From contig JAZUCL010000018.1 of the NCBI GenBank assembly GCA_045639125.1, forward strand, positions 1 to 59,896: a stretch of 59,896 nucleotides of DNA. Reading direction: 5' to 3'. Source of the stretch: Eubacteriales bacterium. GTDB taxonomy: Bacteria; Bacillota; Clostridia; Oscillospirales; QAMX01. Positions 40,471 to 49,969 of this stretch are shown piece after piece. The notes below the pieces were generated by a model that had not been told where the DNA came from, did no database searches, and was given only the letters and a program-made list of their open reading frames with translations. The stretch's first letter is position 1; each line of letters starts with the position of its first letter. The translations under genes were made by a program, and so were the position numbers.

Positions 40471-40552
40471 TATCTTTCATACTATTTGCCGTTCATAATT
40501 TCGGAAATAATATCCATAATCTTATCGTGACAGCCACCACAGCCTGTCGAGC
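40436..40552. repeat. Direct repeat copy 2 (117 bp): overlaps the intact 3' end of the BFD-like gene and its terminator hairpin (aggacttaccg-taac-ttcggtaagtcct)
   Basis: See copy 1. This copy carries the complete hairpin and the intact coding 3' end. Confidence 0.85.
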
Positions 40553-40688
40553 AGGAGGTCATAAGTTGTACCTGTGCAAATTCACTCTCAACATCTGAAA
40601 ATAAGGTATGCTGTTTAAGTGCATTCTCAATCGCTCCAAATGTTACGTTTTTGCACTTGCAAATCACTTGGTTTGTTTCATACTTCAT
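40482..40688 (-). CDS. BFD-like [2Fe-2S]-binding domain protein (68 aa)
   Basis: Cys pattern CKCK ... CSTGCGGC typical of bacterioferritin-associated-ferredoxin-like domains. Immediately downstream of the rubrerythrin gene. Confidence 0.6.
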   Translation of the reverse strand: MKYETNQVICKCKNVTFGAIENALKQHTLFSDVESEFAQVQLMTSCSTGCGGCHDKIMDIISEIMNGK

Positions 40689-40693
40689 GGCAA

Positions 40694-41281
40694 TTACCCA
40701 AAATATCTCTTTAAGAGACCCTCTAAACCACGACCGTGTCTTGCCTCGTCACGAGCCATCTCATGCACGGTATCATGGATTGCGTCAAGACCATTCTTCT
40801 TAGCACAAAGAGCAAGGTCAAACTTACCCTGAGTAGCACCGTACTCACAATCAACACGCCAAGCCAAATTGGACTTTGTGCAAGCCTTCATGTTGGACTC
40901 AAGATCCTCACCAAGAAGTTCTGCAAACTTAGCAGCATGCTCTGCCTCCTCGTATGCTGCCTTCTCCCAGTACAGGCCAATCTCAGGATAGCCTTCACGA
41001 TGTGCAATACGTGCCATGCAAAGATACATACCAACTTCTGCACACTCACCGTTAAAGTTTGCCATCAACTGCTCAAAGATATATGCCTTATCTTCAGCAG
41101 AAATGTCAGGGTTATTCTTTACTGTCTTTGCATAAACGCCATACTCATGCTCTGCAGCAAGTTTCATCTCGCCCTCGGCAACGGTGAACTTTGAACCGGG
41201 AGCCTTACATGTGGGGCAAAACTCAGGAGCAGCATCACCTGTGTGAACATAACCACATACCGGACACACAAACTTTTTCAT
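40694..41281 (-). CDS. rbr: Reverse rubrerythrin (N-terminal rubredoxin-like domain plus ferritin-like diiron domain)
   Basis: CPVCG...CPTCK at the N-terminus, then diiron ligand helices (ExxH motifs: [20 protein letters not shown]). Start at MKKFVC with a GGAGGA RBS. Confidence 0.8.
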   Translation of the reverse strand: MKKFVCPVCGYVHTGDAAPEFCPTCKAPGSKFTVAEGEMKLAAEHEYGVYAKTVKNNPDISAEDKAYIFEQLMANFNGECAEVGMYLCMARIAHREGYPEIGLYWEKAAYEEAEHAAKFAELLGEDLESNMKACTKSNLAWRVDCEYGATQGKFDLALCAKKNGLDAIHDTVHEMARDEARHGRGLEGLLKRYFG

Positions 41282-41434
41282 AATTATTTCCTCCATACAT
41301 TAACTTTAATTCTGATTTATTTTTCTCTTATCAGTAATCACTACTGTTTACAGTTATAAGTATACTCGATTCTAAAAGAAAACGCAATGCAATTATTCTA
41401 CAAAATTTTATGTTGTTTGCAGTCGTAAAATGTG

Positions 41435-42877
41435 CTATTTGACTAATTTTTGTCTAATAATTGCCACTTCTTCTTTAATTTCACCGCTAAAGTATAAGAT
41501 TGCAACGTATAATATGCCGCCAACTATAATTGATATTAAAAGTCCTAAAATATTAGACGGTATAATGTATGCTACAAGGAAAGCACTAATGCCACAAATT
41601 ACTGCAGATATTGTAATACGAATGATGCGTATAAATGGAATTTGGAAAAGCATTATTCTGCGTACACGTAATGCAGAGAGGATAAAGTAAAAACAAAAGG
41701 CAAGCATTGAGCCGAGTGCGGCACCTGAAAAGTCAAGGAGAGGTAAAAGTATTACACTTAAAATCACTTTTACCGCAAGTGCCATAAGTGCATTTTGCAT
41801 AATTGGTTTTGTGTTGCCGTTCATTTCCCAACCTTTAATAGCGTACTCAGTCAGGCCTGTAAAGAACATTGCAAAAGCGGTCAATCCGATTACCGACGCA
41901 CCTATTTCATATCCATCAGCAAACAGAACACGGCTTAAAACTTGTGAAACGCCGCAAAGTCCTGTTGCGGCAGGGAGTGCCACCAGCAGATACAGCCTTG
42001 CTCCTGTACCGACTACAGGTTTTGCTCCCTCAAAACCACTTTTGCGGTATGCCTCAAGGGCAGGTGGATATACAGCACGCATTATACCGACCATAAGCAT
42101 ATTAAATACCGCTGTGGCTATTGAGTTATTTGCCGAATAAATTCCAAAATCTGCATCAAATAGAATAAGTATAAATCTATCTACGAAATTCAAAAGCCCA
42201 ACTGACAAACTTACTCCCAAAAGAGGAAATCCGTAGTCGAAGAATTTCTTCATCATCGGTGACGAGAATCCGTTTAACCGTACAAAATGCGGTAGTTTTA
42301 GAACTGCAACAGCGATAACACCTGCAAGAAGTTCTGACAACATATAACCAAGAACCGCAGGTAAAATACTGTCTGCAGTGCCACCTGATGCCATAAGATA
42401 GCAAGTAAAAAATATCACCAAAGGTTTCGTTACGGCAGACAAAAGTGACAGTATGACGCTTGCAAGACGTTTTCCTGTCTGCACAAGCATATTAAGACAG
42501 ATTTGGTAAATACTTGTGGCAGTGAGCATGGCACACGCCCAAAACCATAGTGTAGTCCCTGTGGCAAGATACACGCCGCCTGCCACCACATAGGCAACAA
42601 GATTGATAACAAGCCACAGTGCCGTTGATGTTGAATAAAATGCACTGTTCTCCCGCTCGTCACCGACATATCTGTTTGTTGCATTACCAAGCCAACCCAT
42701 AAGTAAGAGATATGCAAATACAACTACTGTATTCACAGTGGCAAAATCATCATACGCACTTTTTGTCAAGGCGTGGGTAAGGTATGACAATGTGACAATG
42801 CCGATTGCTCCCTCAAGTATTTTTGACGGCAAAAACATCAGCGTACTACCCCATGTTCCTGAAAATCGCTGTTTCAA
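41435..42877 (-). CDS. Oligosaccharide/polysaccharide flippase (MOP superfamily, Wzx/CsaA-like)
   Basis: 480 aa and about 12-14 TM helices. Sits next to a CsaB-type pyruvyl transferase, as in csaAB. Confidence 0.7.
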   Translation of the reverse strand: MKQRFSGTWGSTLMFLPSKILEGAIGIVTLSYLTHALTKSAYDDFATVNTVVVFAYLLLMGWLGNATNRYVGDERENSAFYSTSTALWLVINLVAYVVAGGVYLATGTTLWFWACAMLTATSIYQICLNMLVQTGKRLASVILSLLSAVTKPLVIFFTCYLMASGGTADSILPAVLGYMLSELLAGVIAVAVLKLPHFVRLNGFSSPMMKKFFDYGFPLLGVSLSVGLLNFVDRFILILFDADFGIYSANNSIATAVFNMLMVGIMRAVYPPALEAYRKSGFEGAKPVVGTGARLYLLVALPAATGLCGVSQVLSRVLFADGYEIGASVIGLTAFAMFFTGLTEYAIKGWEMNGNTKPIMQNALMALAVKVILSVILLPLLDFSGAALGSMLAFCFYFILSALRVRRIMLFQIPFIRIIRITISAVICGISAFLVAYIIPSNILGLLISIIVGGILYVAILYFSGEIKEEVAIIRQKLVK

Positions 42878-43042
42878 AGGAAAACTCCTTTCATATTTTA
42901 CTGTCGGGTACGGTTTTTACTTCCCGTCTCTTGACCGTAAAAGCGTTATAATATATAATATCATTATAAACTATTCTAAGCCTTTACACAATGGCGATTT
43001 TCGCTTTTTTTGAATTGGTTTTGAAATGAAAGGATTGATTAA

Positions 43043-45238
43043 ATGAAAATCATCCATCTTATAAGCGGTGGTGACGTTGGCGGTGCAAAAACTCATGTCC
43101 TTACACTACTTAGTGAACTAAAAAAAGAAGCAGAGGTAACACTCGTCTGCTTCTGTGAAGGGCAGTTTGCCGATGATGCTCGCAAATTAGGGATTGACAC
43201 CCTTGTATTTTCCTCTACATTTCGCTCTCTTTCTAAATTACGTCGGCTTTTATCACACTATGACGTTATTCATTGTCATGGTACAAAGGCAAACGTCATT
43301 ATATCGTGCCTTAAGCCGTTTTTGACAGCACCGGTTGTTACAACTATACATAGTGACTATCGTTATGACTATATGGGCAGACCGCTGCGTCAAATAACTT
43401 TTGGTAATGCAAACGCCATTGCACTCCACGCTATTGACTGGTATATTCCTGTATCATCCAATTTACGTGACGTGATGATTGAAACAGGCTATCCTCCACA
43501 GCGTATGCTTAGTGTTAAAAACTCAGTTGATTTTGACACAGTTGACGAGCCTTGCGACAGACAGGAATTTTTCAAAAGATATAACTTTCCTGTAGCCGAC
43601 ACAGACATTGTTGTTGGCTTCGCAGGACGTTTAACGCCTATTAAAGACCTTTCAACTATGCTTCGTGCCGTGGCGATTGCACGAAAGAGTTGTAAAAACC
43701 TCAAACTGTTCTTAGCAGGTGAGGGTGAGGATATGCAAAAACTCAAATCACTTGCCGCAGAACTTGGAATTTCAGATGCGGTATGCTTTGGCGGTTGGCT
43801 TCAAAATGCTCGTGAGATGTTTTCGTGCGTTGACATATCTGCAATGAGTTCAAAAAGTGAGGGCTTCCCCTACGCTATATTGGAGGGTGTCATATACAAA
43901 AAAGCGACGGTATCATCTCGTGTCGGCGGTATTCCTGACCTTATAGAAGATGAGCAGACAGGCTTTTTATTCCCTCCAGGTGACGCCGATGCACTTGCTG
44001 AAATTTTTGTACGTCTTGTAACCGACAGTGCCCTTCGTATTCGTCTTGGTGAGGCGGTATACGAAAAGGCAAAGAAAGAATATTCTCTTTCTGCCATGCG
44101 ATGCGACCAACTTGAAATCTACAGCATGATGTTATCACATAACAAACGTCCAAAACGTGACGGAATAGTCATCTGCGGTGCTTATGGTAAAGGAAACGCA
44201 GGCGATGATGCTATTTTGGAAGCAATTATTTCTGAAATGCGTAGCATTGATAATAATATGCCAATTACAGTTATGTCCAAAAGCCCAAAGACAACCCGTC
44301 TTGAGCACCGTGTAGATTCCATATTCACTTTCAATATACCGAAGATGATGTCGGTATTCCGCCGTGCAAAACTCTACATCAACGGCGGTGGATCTCTAAT
44401 CCAAGACGTTACATCTTCAAGAAGTCTGTACTTTTATCTATCTACTTTGAAAATGGCAAAAAAACTTGGCTGCAATGTTATGATGTACGGCTGTGGTATC
44501 GGACCGCTTCGCCATGACTTTAACGCTCGTGTTGCCACAAAAGTTCTTAATAAATATGTAGATACCATTACTCTCCGTGAAGATGAGTCCCTTAATACAC
44601 TCCGCTCAATGCAAGTCAATGGCCCTCAAATTTTCATGACAGCAGACCCTGCCTTGACACTTAAACCGTCAAGCAATAAGAGAATAGAAGAGATTATGAA
44701 AAAGGAACAGTTGACGACTACACATCCTATGCTCTGTCTGTCAATGCGTCCATGGGACGGCTTTGAAGATATTGCACAGGCAGTTGCTTACTGTGCAGAT
44801 TATGCATGGGACACTTATGGTTTGGAAACTGTACTTCTTCCTATCGAATTGCCTCGTGACTTGCCTGCCGCTGAACGTGTTGCATCGTATATGCGTCACA
44901 CTCCCCATATCGTACGTACACGCTATACAGCCAGTGAAACCATAGGCATAATGTCAAAAATGCGTGCAGTTATCGCTATGCGTCTTCACGCCCTTGTATT
45001 TGCCGCTACTACCGGTGTACCGATTGCAGGTATTGCATACGACAAAAAAGTACGTGGCTTTGTAGAGTACTTAGGTCAATCCCTTTGTACATCTATTGAT
45101 GAGGCAACAAGAGAAAAACTGTGTGGATTTGTAGATTCGTTGGTGGCAATGCCACCCGATGCCCTTTGTGAAAATGCAGACAGATTGCGTGCTTTAGAGG
45201 CAATCAACGTAGTAAAGGCAGAAAATCTTCTTGTATAA
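43043..45238 (+). CDS. Fusion protein: GT4-family glycosyltransferase (N-terminal) plus polysaccharide pyruvyl transferase CsaB (C-terminal)
   Basis: N-terminal GT4 motifs (EGFPYAILEG, EDEQTGFLFPPGD). C-terminal CsaB-like region (IVICGAYGKGNAGDDAILEA, YINGGGSLIQD). Confidence 0.75.
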   Translation: MKIIHLISGGDVGGAKTHVLTLLSELKKEAEVTLVCFCEGQFADDARKLGIDTLVFSSTFRSLSKLRRLLSHYDVIHCHGTKANVIISCLKPFLTAPVVTTIHSDYRYDYMGRPLRQITFGNANAIALHAIDWYIPVSSNLRDVMIETGYPPQRMLSVKNSVDFDTVDEPCDRQEFFKRYNFPVADTDIVVGFAGRLTPIKDLSTMLRAVAIARKSCKNLKLFLAGEGEDMQKLKSLAAELGISDAVCFGGWLQNAREMFSCVDISAMSSKSEGFPYAILEGVIYKKATVSSRVGGIPDLIEDEQTGFLFPPGDADALAEIFVRLVTDSALRIRLGEAVYEKAKKEYSLSAMRCDQLEIYSMMLSHNKRPKRDGIVICGAYGKGNAGDDAILEAIISEMRSIDNNMPITVMSKSPKTTRLEHRVDSIFTFNIPKMMSVFRRAKLYINGGGSLIQDVTSSRSLYFYLSTLKMAKKLGCNVMMYGCGIGPLRHDFNARVATKVLNKYVDTITLREDESLNTLRSMQVNGPQIFMTADPALTLKPSSNKRIEEIMKKEQLTTTHPMLCLSMRPWDGFEDIAQAVAYCADYAWDTYGLETVLLPIELPRDLPAAERVASYMRHTPHIVRTRYTASETIGIMSKMRAVIAMRLHALVFAATTGVPIAGIAYDKKVRGFVEYLGQSLCTSIDEATREKLCGFVDSLVAMPPDALCENADRLRALEAINVVKAENLLV

Positions 45239-45265
45239 CTTTGTCACACAGAAAGGATAAAAACT

Positions 45266-45766
45266 ATGAAGCAATATATGGAAACAGGAAAAATCGTCAA
45301 CACTCATGGTATTCGTGGCGAGTTGAAAGTTGAGGCATGGAGTGACTGTCCTGAATTTCTCTTGGAACTTGAGCGTGTATATATCGACAAGGTAGAATAT
45401 ACAGTTGAAAATTCAAGAGTTCATCAAAATTTTGTACTGATGAAACTTTCAGGAATTGACTCTATTGACGATGCAATGAGATACAAAAACAAAGTTATAT
45501 TTTTTGACCGTGACGATATAGAATTGGAAGATGACGCATACTATATCCAAGATTTACTTGGTTTTTCAGTGTACGATATTCGTCAGAATAAAATAATTGG
45601 AAAACTGACAAATGTGGAAGAATACCCCGCAAGTACAATGTATATTGTAAAAAAGGACGGCGTAACTCACATGATTCCACAAGTGTTTCTTAAAGAGATT
45701 GACATTGAAAAAAGTACGGTTACCATTGAAACCATTGAAGGCTTAGGCGAGGTAGAAAATGAGTAA
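45266..45766 (+). CDS. rimM: 16S rRNA processing protein RimM
   Basis: GKIVNTHGIRGELKVE start typical of RimM, with a PRC-barrel C-terminal domain. Confidence 0.85.
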   Translation: MKQYMETGKIVNTHGIRGELKVEAWSDCPEFLLELERVYIDKVEYTVENSRVHQNFVLMKLSGIDSIDDAMRYKNKVIFFDRDDIELEDDAYYIQDLLGFSVYDIRQNKIIGKLTNVEEYPASTMYIVKKDGVTHMIPQVFLKEIDIEKSTVTIETIEGLGEVENE

Positions 45767-46532
45767 TGTACAGATGAAAATTGATATTATGACGCTTTTT
45801 CCCGACATGGTAGACGGCGTAATGCACTCATCCATTATGGGCAGAGCGATGCAAAGAGGTCTTATTGACATAAAAAGTACAAATATCCGTGACTTTGCTC
45901 CAAGCCGTAACCGCCGTACAGACGATTATCCATACGGTGGTGGAAAAGGACTCGTTATGCTTGCAGAGCCTCTTTACCAGTGTCATAAGCACTTATGCGG
46001 TGATGCACATATCCACACAGTTTTAATGAGTCCCCAAGGAAAAACTTTCGATCAAGAAAAGGCAAAAGAACTTCTTGAAAAAAAACACATCATTTTAGTC
46101 TGCGGTCACTACGAGGGTATTGATGAGCGTTTTATTGACGAATGTATTGACGAGGAGTTGTCAATAGGTGACTTTGTTTTAACAGGCGGAGAAATACCTG
46201 CTATGGCTATGGCAGACTGTATCTGTCGAATGGTACCCGGTGTGCTTAGTGAGGAAACATGCTTCACAGAGGAAAGCCATTGGTCTGGCGTACTTGAATA
46301 CCCTCAGTATACACGACCTGAGGAATGGCGAGGTCGCCGTGTTCCTGAAGTGCTTTTGTCAGGACACCACGCCAATATCAAAAAATGGCAGCGTAAACAG
46401 GCATTGTTACGCACACAATTAAGACGTCCTGAAATGCTCAACAAAGCAGAATTAAGTCACGATGATGCTGATTTTTTGGCAGAATTATCTCTGCGTCTTT
46501 CACGAGACGAGGACATAACGGAATCTGTATAA
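45759..46532 (+). CDS. trmD: tRNA (guanine37-N1)-methyltransferase
   Basis: MKIDIMTLFPDM, the SPOUT fold and a GGGKG-like loop. Overlaps the end of rimM. Confidence 0.9.
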   Translation: MSNVQMKIDIMTLFPDMVDGVMHSSIMGRAMQRGLIDIKSTNIRDFAPSRNRRTDDYPYGGGKGLVMLAEPLYQCHKHLCGDAHIHTVLMSPQGKTFDQEKAKELLEKKHIILVCGHYEGIDERFIDECIDEELSIGDFVLTGGEIPAMAMADCICRMVPGVLSEETCFTEESHWSGVLEYPQYTRPEEWRGRRVPEVLLSGHHANIKKWQRKQALLRTQLRRPEMLNKAELSHDDADFLAELSLRLSRDEDITESV

Positions 46533-46620
46533 CTTTTACCGATATGTAACTATTTTGTCATTGTATACGTCTGTTATTCGTGATATATTAAGGTCGTAAA
46601 AAACAAAAAGGAGGCGTACC

Positions 46621-47250
46621 ATGAGCGAATTTTGGAACACACTGTCCCTTGTGCAAAAAGTTTTCTATTTTATTGCCGTTCCTTCAACTGCAATTTTAAT
46701 TTTTCAGACTATTTTGACAGTTATCGGATTTGGTAATAACGAACTTGACGATTCAACGTCCTTCGACAGTGGTGACTTTTCAGATACAGAGTTTGACATA
46801 GACGGTCCTGACGGTGACCCTGTAACTGAAAGCGGTTTTCGTCTTTTTACAATCAAAGGCCTTGTAGCGTTCTTTGCAATCTTCGGCTGGACCGGCATTG
46901 TAATTCTTGCAAATGGCGGTACAACTCTTACAGCGTCACTCGTAGCCTTTGTGGCGGGTCTTGCCGCAATGGCAGCCGTCGGTGCGATTCTCTATTCCTT
47001 TTCAAAACTTGAGGCTGACGGAACACTTAATGTCCGTAACGCAGTCGGCCATACTGCCACAGTTTATATCCCAATCCTTCCAAACAGAAAACCCGGTGGT
47101 AAAGTTCAACTGATACTACAAGAACAACTGCGTGAATTGCCCGCCGTCACTGACTCTGCTGAAATCATTCCTTACGGAACATCTGTAACAGTCGTATCCG
47201 TGGATAAAAATGACGTACTTGTTGTATCCCCGATCAAAGTAAACGTATAA
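46621..47250 (+). CDS. NfeD-family membrane protein (flotillin partner)
   Basis: N-terminal TM helices plus a C-terminal OB-fold beta region. Immediately upstream of the flotillin gene. Confidence 0.65.
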   Translation: MSEFWNTLSLVQKVFYFIAVPSTAILIFQTILTVIGFGNNELDDSTSFDSGDFSDTEFDIDGPDGDPVTESGFRLFTIKGLVAFFAIFGWTGIVILANGGTTLTASLVAFVAGLAAMAAVGAILYSFSKLEADGTLNVRNAVGHTATVYIPILPNRKPGGKVQLILQEQLRELPAVTDSAEIIPYGTSVTVVSVDKNDVLVVSPIKVNV

Positions 47251-47282
47251 ACAAAAATACATAAAATAATGGAGGTAAATCT

Positions 47283-48701
47283 ATGGAACCTTTAGTTCTC
47301 GTCACAGTTATAGCACTTATTCTCTTCTCCCTGTTAATTCTCTTTTTCTCCCGATACAAAAAATGTCCGTCCGATAAGATTATGGTAGTCTACGGTAATG
47401 TTGGCAAGAACGCACAAGGTGCGGCTCGTACAGCCAAGTGTATCCACGGCGGTGCGGCTTTCGTTTGGCCTGTTATCCAGTCCTACGAATTTATGAGTCT
47501 TACTCCCATTTCCATTGAAGTTGCACTTCGCAGTGCATTGTCAAAGCAGAATATCCGTATTGACGTACCATCTCGGTTTACAGTAGGTATCTCCACCGAG
47601 CCCGGTATCATGCAAAATGCGGCAGTTCGTCTGCTCGGACTGAAGATGACGGCCATTGAAGAGATTGCAAAGGATATTCTGTTCGGTCAACTTCGTCTTG
47701 TAGTTGCAACTATGGATATTGAGGAAATCAATACCGACCGTGACAAGTTCCTTGAAGCAATTTCCGCAAACGTAGAAACAGAACTTAATAAAATCGGTCT
47801 TCGTCTTATCAACGTAAACGTAACCGACATCAACGACGAGTCAGGATACATTGAGGCTCTCGGTAAGGAAGCAGCGGCTAAGGCAATAAACGATGCGAAG
47901 AAGAATGTTGCCGAGAAGAACCGTGACGGTTCCATCGGTGAGGCAAACGCACAGCGTGACCAACGTATCGAAGTTGCAAGTGCAAACTCCAAGGCAATCG
48001 AGGGTGAAAACACCGCAAAGATTGCAGTTGCTCAGTCTGAAGCATTACGCCGTGAGCGTGAGGCTGAAGCACTCAGAAGTGCAACCGCAGCAGAGAAAGT
48101 TCAAGCGGCTAAGGCAATGGAAGAGGCATACTCTGCACAGAAAGATGCAGAACTTGCTCGTGCAGCACGTGAGCGTGCAACTCAAGAGGCTGACGTACTT
48201 GTTAAGGCTGAAATTGAAAAACGCCGTATTGAAATTGCCGCAGAAGCAGAAGCAGAGCAGGCTCGCCGTATAGCACGAGGTGAGGCAGATGCTATCTTTG
48301 CTGAAATGGAAGCAAAGGCACGAGGTTTACAAGAAATGCTTTCTGCACAGGCAAAGGGCTTTGAAGATATTATTGCAGCAGCAGGCGGCAACGCAAACGA
48401 TGCACTTCGCATGATGATCGCCGACAAGTTAGAAAACCTTGTTCGTACCCAAGTTGATGCAATCTCAAATCTCAAAATTGACAAAGTTACTGTCTGGGAC
48501 AACGGCGGCAACGGTGATAAGACAGCAACGGCGAATTTTGTGTCAGGAATGATGAAATCAATCCCTCCCATGCAAGAACTATTCGACATGGCAGGCATGA
48601 ATCTCCCTGAATTTTTAGGCAAGCCTAAGACTGACACAGTATTAACTTCAGATACTGCCGTAGAGGCAAATGTAGTTGAGAATACTGACACAGTCGAATA
48701 G
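47283..48701 (+). CDS. Flotillin-family SPFH domain protein (FloT/YuaG-like)
   Basis: N-terminal TM helix, an SPFH/band-7 domain, then Ala/Glu-rich flotillin repeats. Confidence 0.8.
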   Translation: MEPLVLVTVIALILFSLLILFFSRYKKCPSDKIMVVYGNVGKNAQGAARTAKCIHGGAAFVWPVIQSYEFMSLTPISIEVALRSALSKQNIRIDVPSRFTVGISTEPGIMQNAAVRLLGLKMTAIEEIAKDILFGQLRLVVATMDIEEINTDRDKFLEAISANVETELNKIGLRLINVNVTDINDESGYIEALGKEAAAKAINDAKKNVAEKNRDGSIGEANAQRDQRIEVASANSKAIEGENTAKIAVAQSEALRREREAEALRSATAAEKVQAAKAMEEAYSAQKDAELARAARERATQEADVLVKAEIEKRRIEIAAEAEAEQARRIARGEADAIFAEMEAKARGLQEMLSAQAKGFEDIIAAAGGNANDALRMMIADKLENLVRTQVDAISNLKIDKVTVWDNGGNGDKTATANFVSGMMKSIPPMQELFDMAGMNLPEFLGKPKTDTVLTSDTAVEANVVENTDTVE

Positions 48702-48714
48702 TAAATCAAAATCT

Positions 48715-48751
48715 TCTCCCTCCCTATTTTTTCGGGAGGGAGATTTTCTTT
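48715..48751 (+). terminator. Intrinsic terminator after the flotillin gene
   Basis: tctccctccc-tatttttt-cgggagggaga followed by TTTTCTTT. Confidence 0.75.
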
Positions 48752-48840
48752 ATTTCATTTACGTAAAACACTTCAAAAATCCACGAAATACGCAGATATT
48801 CTTAGCAAACGAGAGATAAATCAATTCATTCATTTTTCAA

Positions 48841-48921
48841 AGGTCAAAGAAAGTCAAAATCAAAGTTGATATAAATAATCTTTAGGTGTATACTGTAGCC
48901 ATAAGGTCAAAGAAAGTCAAA
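48841..48921 (+). promoter_or_regulatory. ctsR promoter with two CtsR operators (AGGTCAAAGAAAGTCAAA direct heptad repeats) flanking the TTGATA-17-TATACT promoter
   Basis: Box 1 at 48841-48858 and box 2 at 48904-48921 match the CtsR consensus (A/GGTCAAANANA/GGTCAAA). The -35 is at 48865-48870 and the -10 at 48888-48893. Confidence 0.85.
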
Positions 48922-48945
48922 GTCAATTTTGAAAGGATTGGTTCT

Positions 48946-49422
48946 ATGCGACTTAGTGATTTAATTGCCGATTTTATTCTAAGTGGTTTGTCTGATGGTG
49001 GTGAAGTAGAGTTACAGCGAAGCGAACTTGCTGACCGCTTTAATTGTGTGCCAAGTCAGATAAATTACGTTATTTCCACTCGATTTGCCCCTGAACATGG
49101 CTACCTTGTGGAGTCACGTCGTGGCGGTGGCGGATACATTCGTATATCCCGCCTTGAAACTGATAGACCCAGTGTGCTTATGCATACGGTCAATGCCATT
49201 GGCGACAGCCTTAGTTTTCGTTCTGCAGTTGTCTTTATACAAAATCTGTTGTCTTATGGTGCTATCTCTGAGGAAAATGGTAAACTTATTTTATCAGCAG
49301 TATCGGAAACAGCACTTGCTTCTGCTGACGTAACTATCCGTCCACGTCTGCGTGCGTCAATTATGAAACAATGTCTGCTCAGTTTACCCAAATATATGCA
49401 TAATTCAACAAATACTAAATGA
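48946..49422 (+). CDS. ctsR: Class III stress gene repressor CtsR
   Basis: MRLSDLIADFILS... and the glycine-rich loop RRGGGGYIR are diagnostic of CtsR. Start at the internal ATG after the operators. The ORF-track start at 48886 is rejected. Confidence 0.9.
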   Translation: MRLSDLIADFILSGLSDGGEVELQRSELADRFNCVPSQINYVISTRFAPEHGYLVESRRGGGGYIRISRLETDRPSVLMHTVNAIGDSLSFRSAVVFIQNLLSYGAISEENGKLILSAVSETALASADVTIRPRLRASIMKQCLLSLPKYMHNSTNTK

Positions 49423-49445
49423 TATAATATAGTGAGGTGTTTTAT

Positions 49446-49949
49446 ATGCTGTGTGATAAATGTCAAAAAAACAATGGGACAATATATATAAAGAGTATTG
49501 TCAACAATAAGGTACACGAATTACATCTGTGTCCTGAATGTGCCAACATGTTAGGGTATAGCGAAACTCTTGACAATCCATTTCATGCTTTTGGTGCTTT
49601 TGATCCGTTTACTAACCTCTTTGCAGTTTCGCCAAGACAAGAAAATAGTAAAAAAATCGTGCGTTGCAGTGTATGTAACACCGATATAACAGATATTCGC
49701 AGAACCGGACGTGTCGGCTGTGCCCATTGTTATACCCTTTTCAACTCGACAATGGAGCCAATTATTAAGAAAATACATGGCTCTGCTGTTCATACCGGCA
49801 GTATTCCAAAATCTGCAGGAGCAAAACTGTCTGCAAAGCGAATATTGGACGAAAAGCGAGAGAAACTTCGCAATGCCGTAAGTAATGAAGATTACGAAAC
49901 AGCGGCAAAACTTCGTGATGAAATTCGCAATTTGGAAGCGAATGAGTAA
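49446..49949 (+). CDS. mcsA: McsA (zinc-finger plus UVR domain activator of McsB)
   Basis: CDKCQ...CPEC and CSVC...CAHC zinc fingers, and a C-terminal UVR motif (EDYETAAKLRDEIRNLE). GAGGTG RBS. Confidence 0.85.
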   Translation: MLCDKCQKNNGTIYIKSIVNNKVHELHLCPECANMLGYSETLDNPFHAFGAFDPFTNLFAVSPRQENSKKIVRCSVCNTDITDIRRTGRVGCAHCYTLFNSTMEPIIKKIHGSAVHTGSIPKSAGAKLSAKRILDEKREKLRNAVSNEDYETAAKLRDEIRNLEANE

Positions 49950-49969
49950 CGGCAGAAAGGGGAATATTT

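Noticed and set aside
41297-41434. PerR/Fur-type box upstream of the reverse rubrerythrin gene
   Set aside because: AT-rich near-palindromes (TTATAAGTATACT and similar) are present, but none matches the TTATAATNATTATAA consensus convincingly.
48886-48945. ORF-track start of ctsR at 48886 (178 aa)
   Set aside because: It would translate through the second CtsR operator and the promoter -10. The conserved CtsR N-terminus begins at MRLSDLIADFIL (48946).
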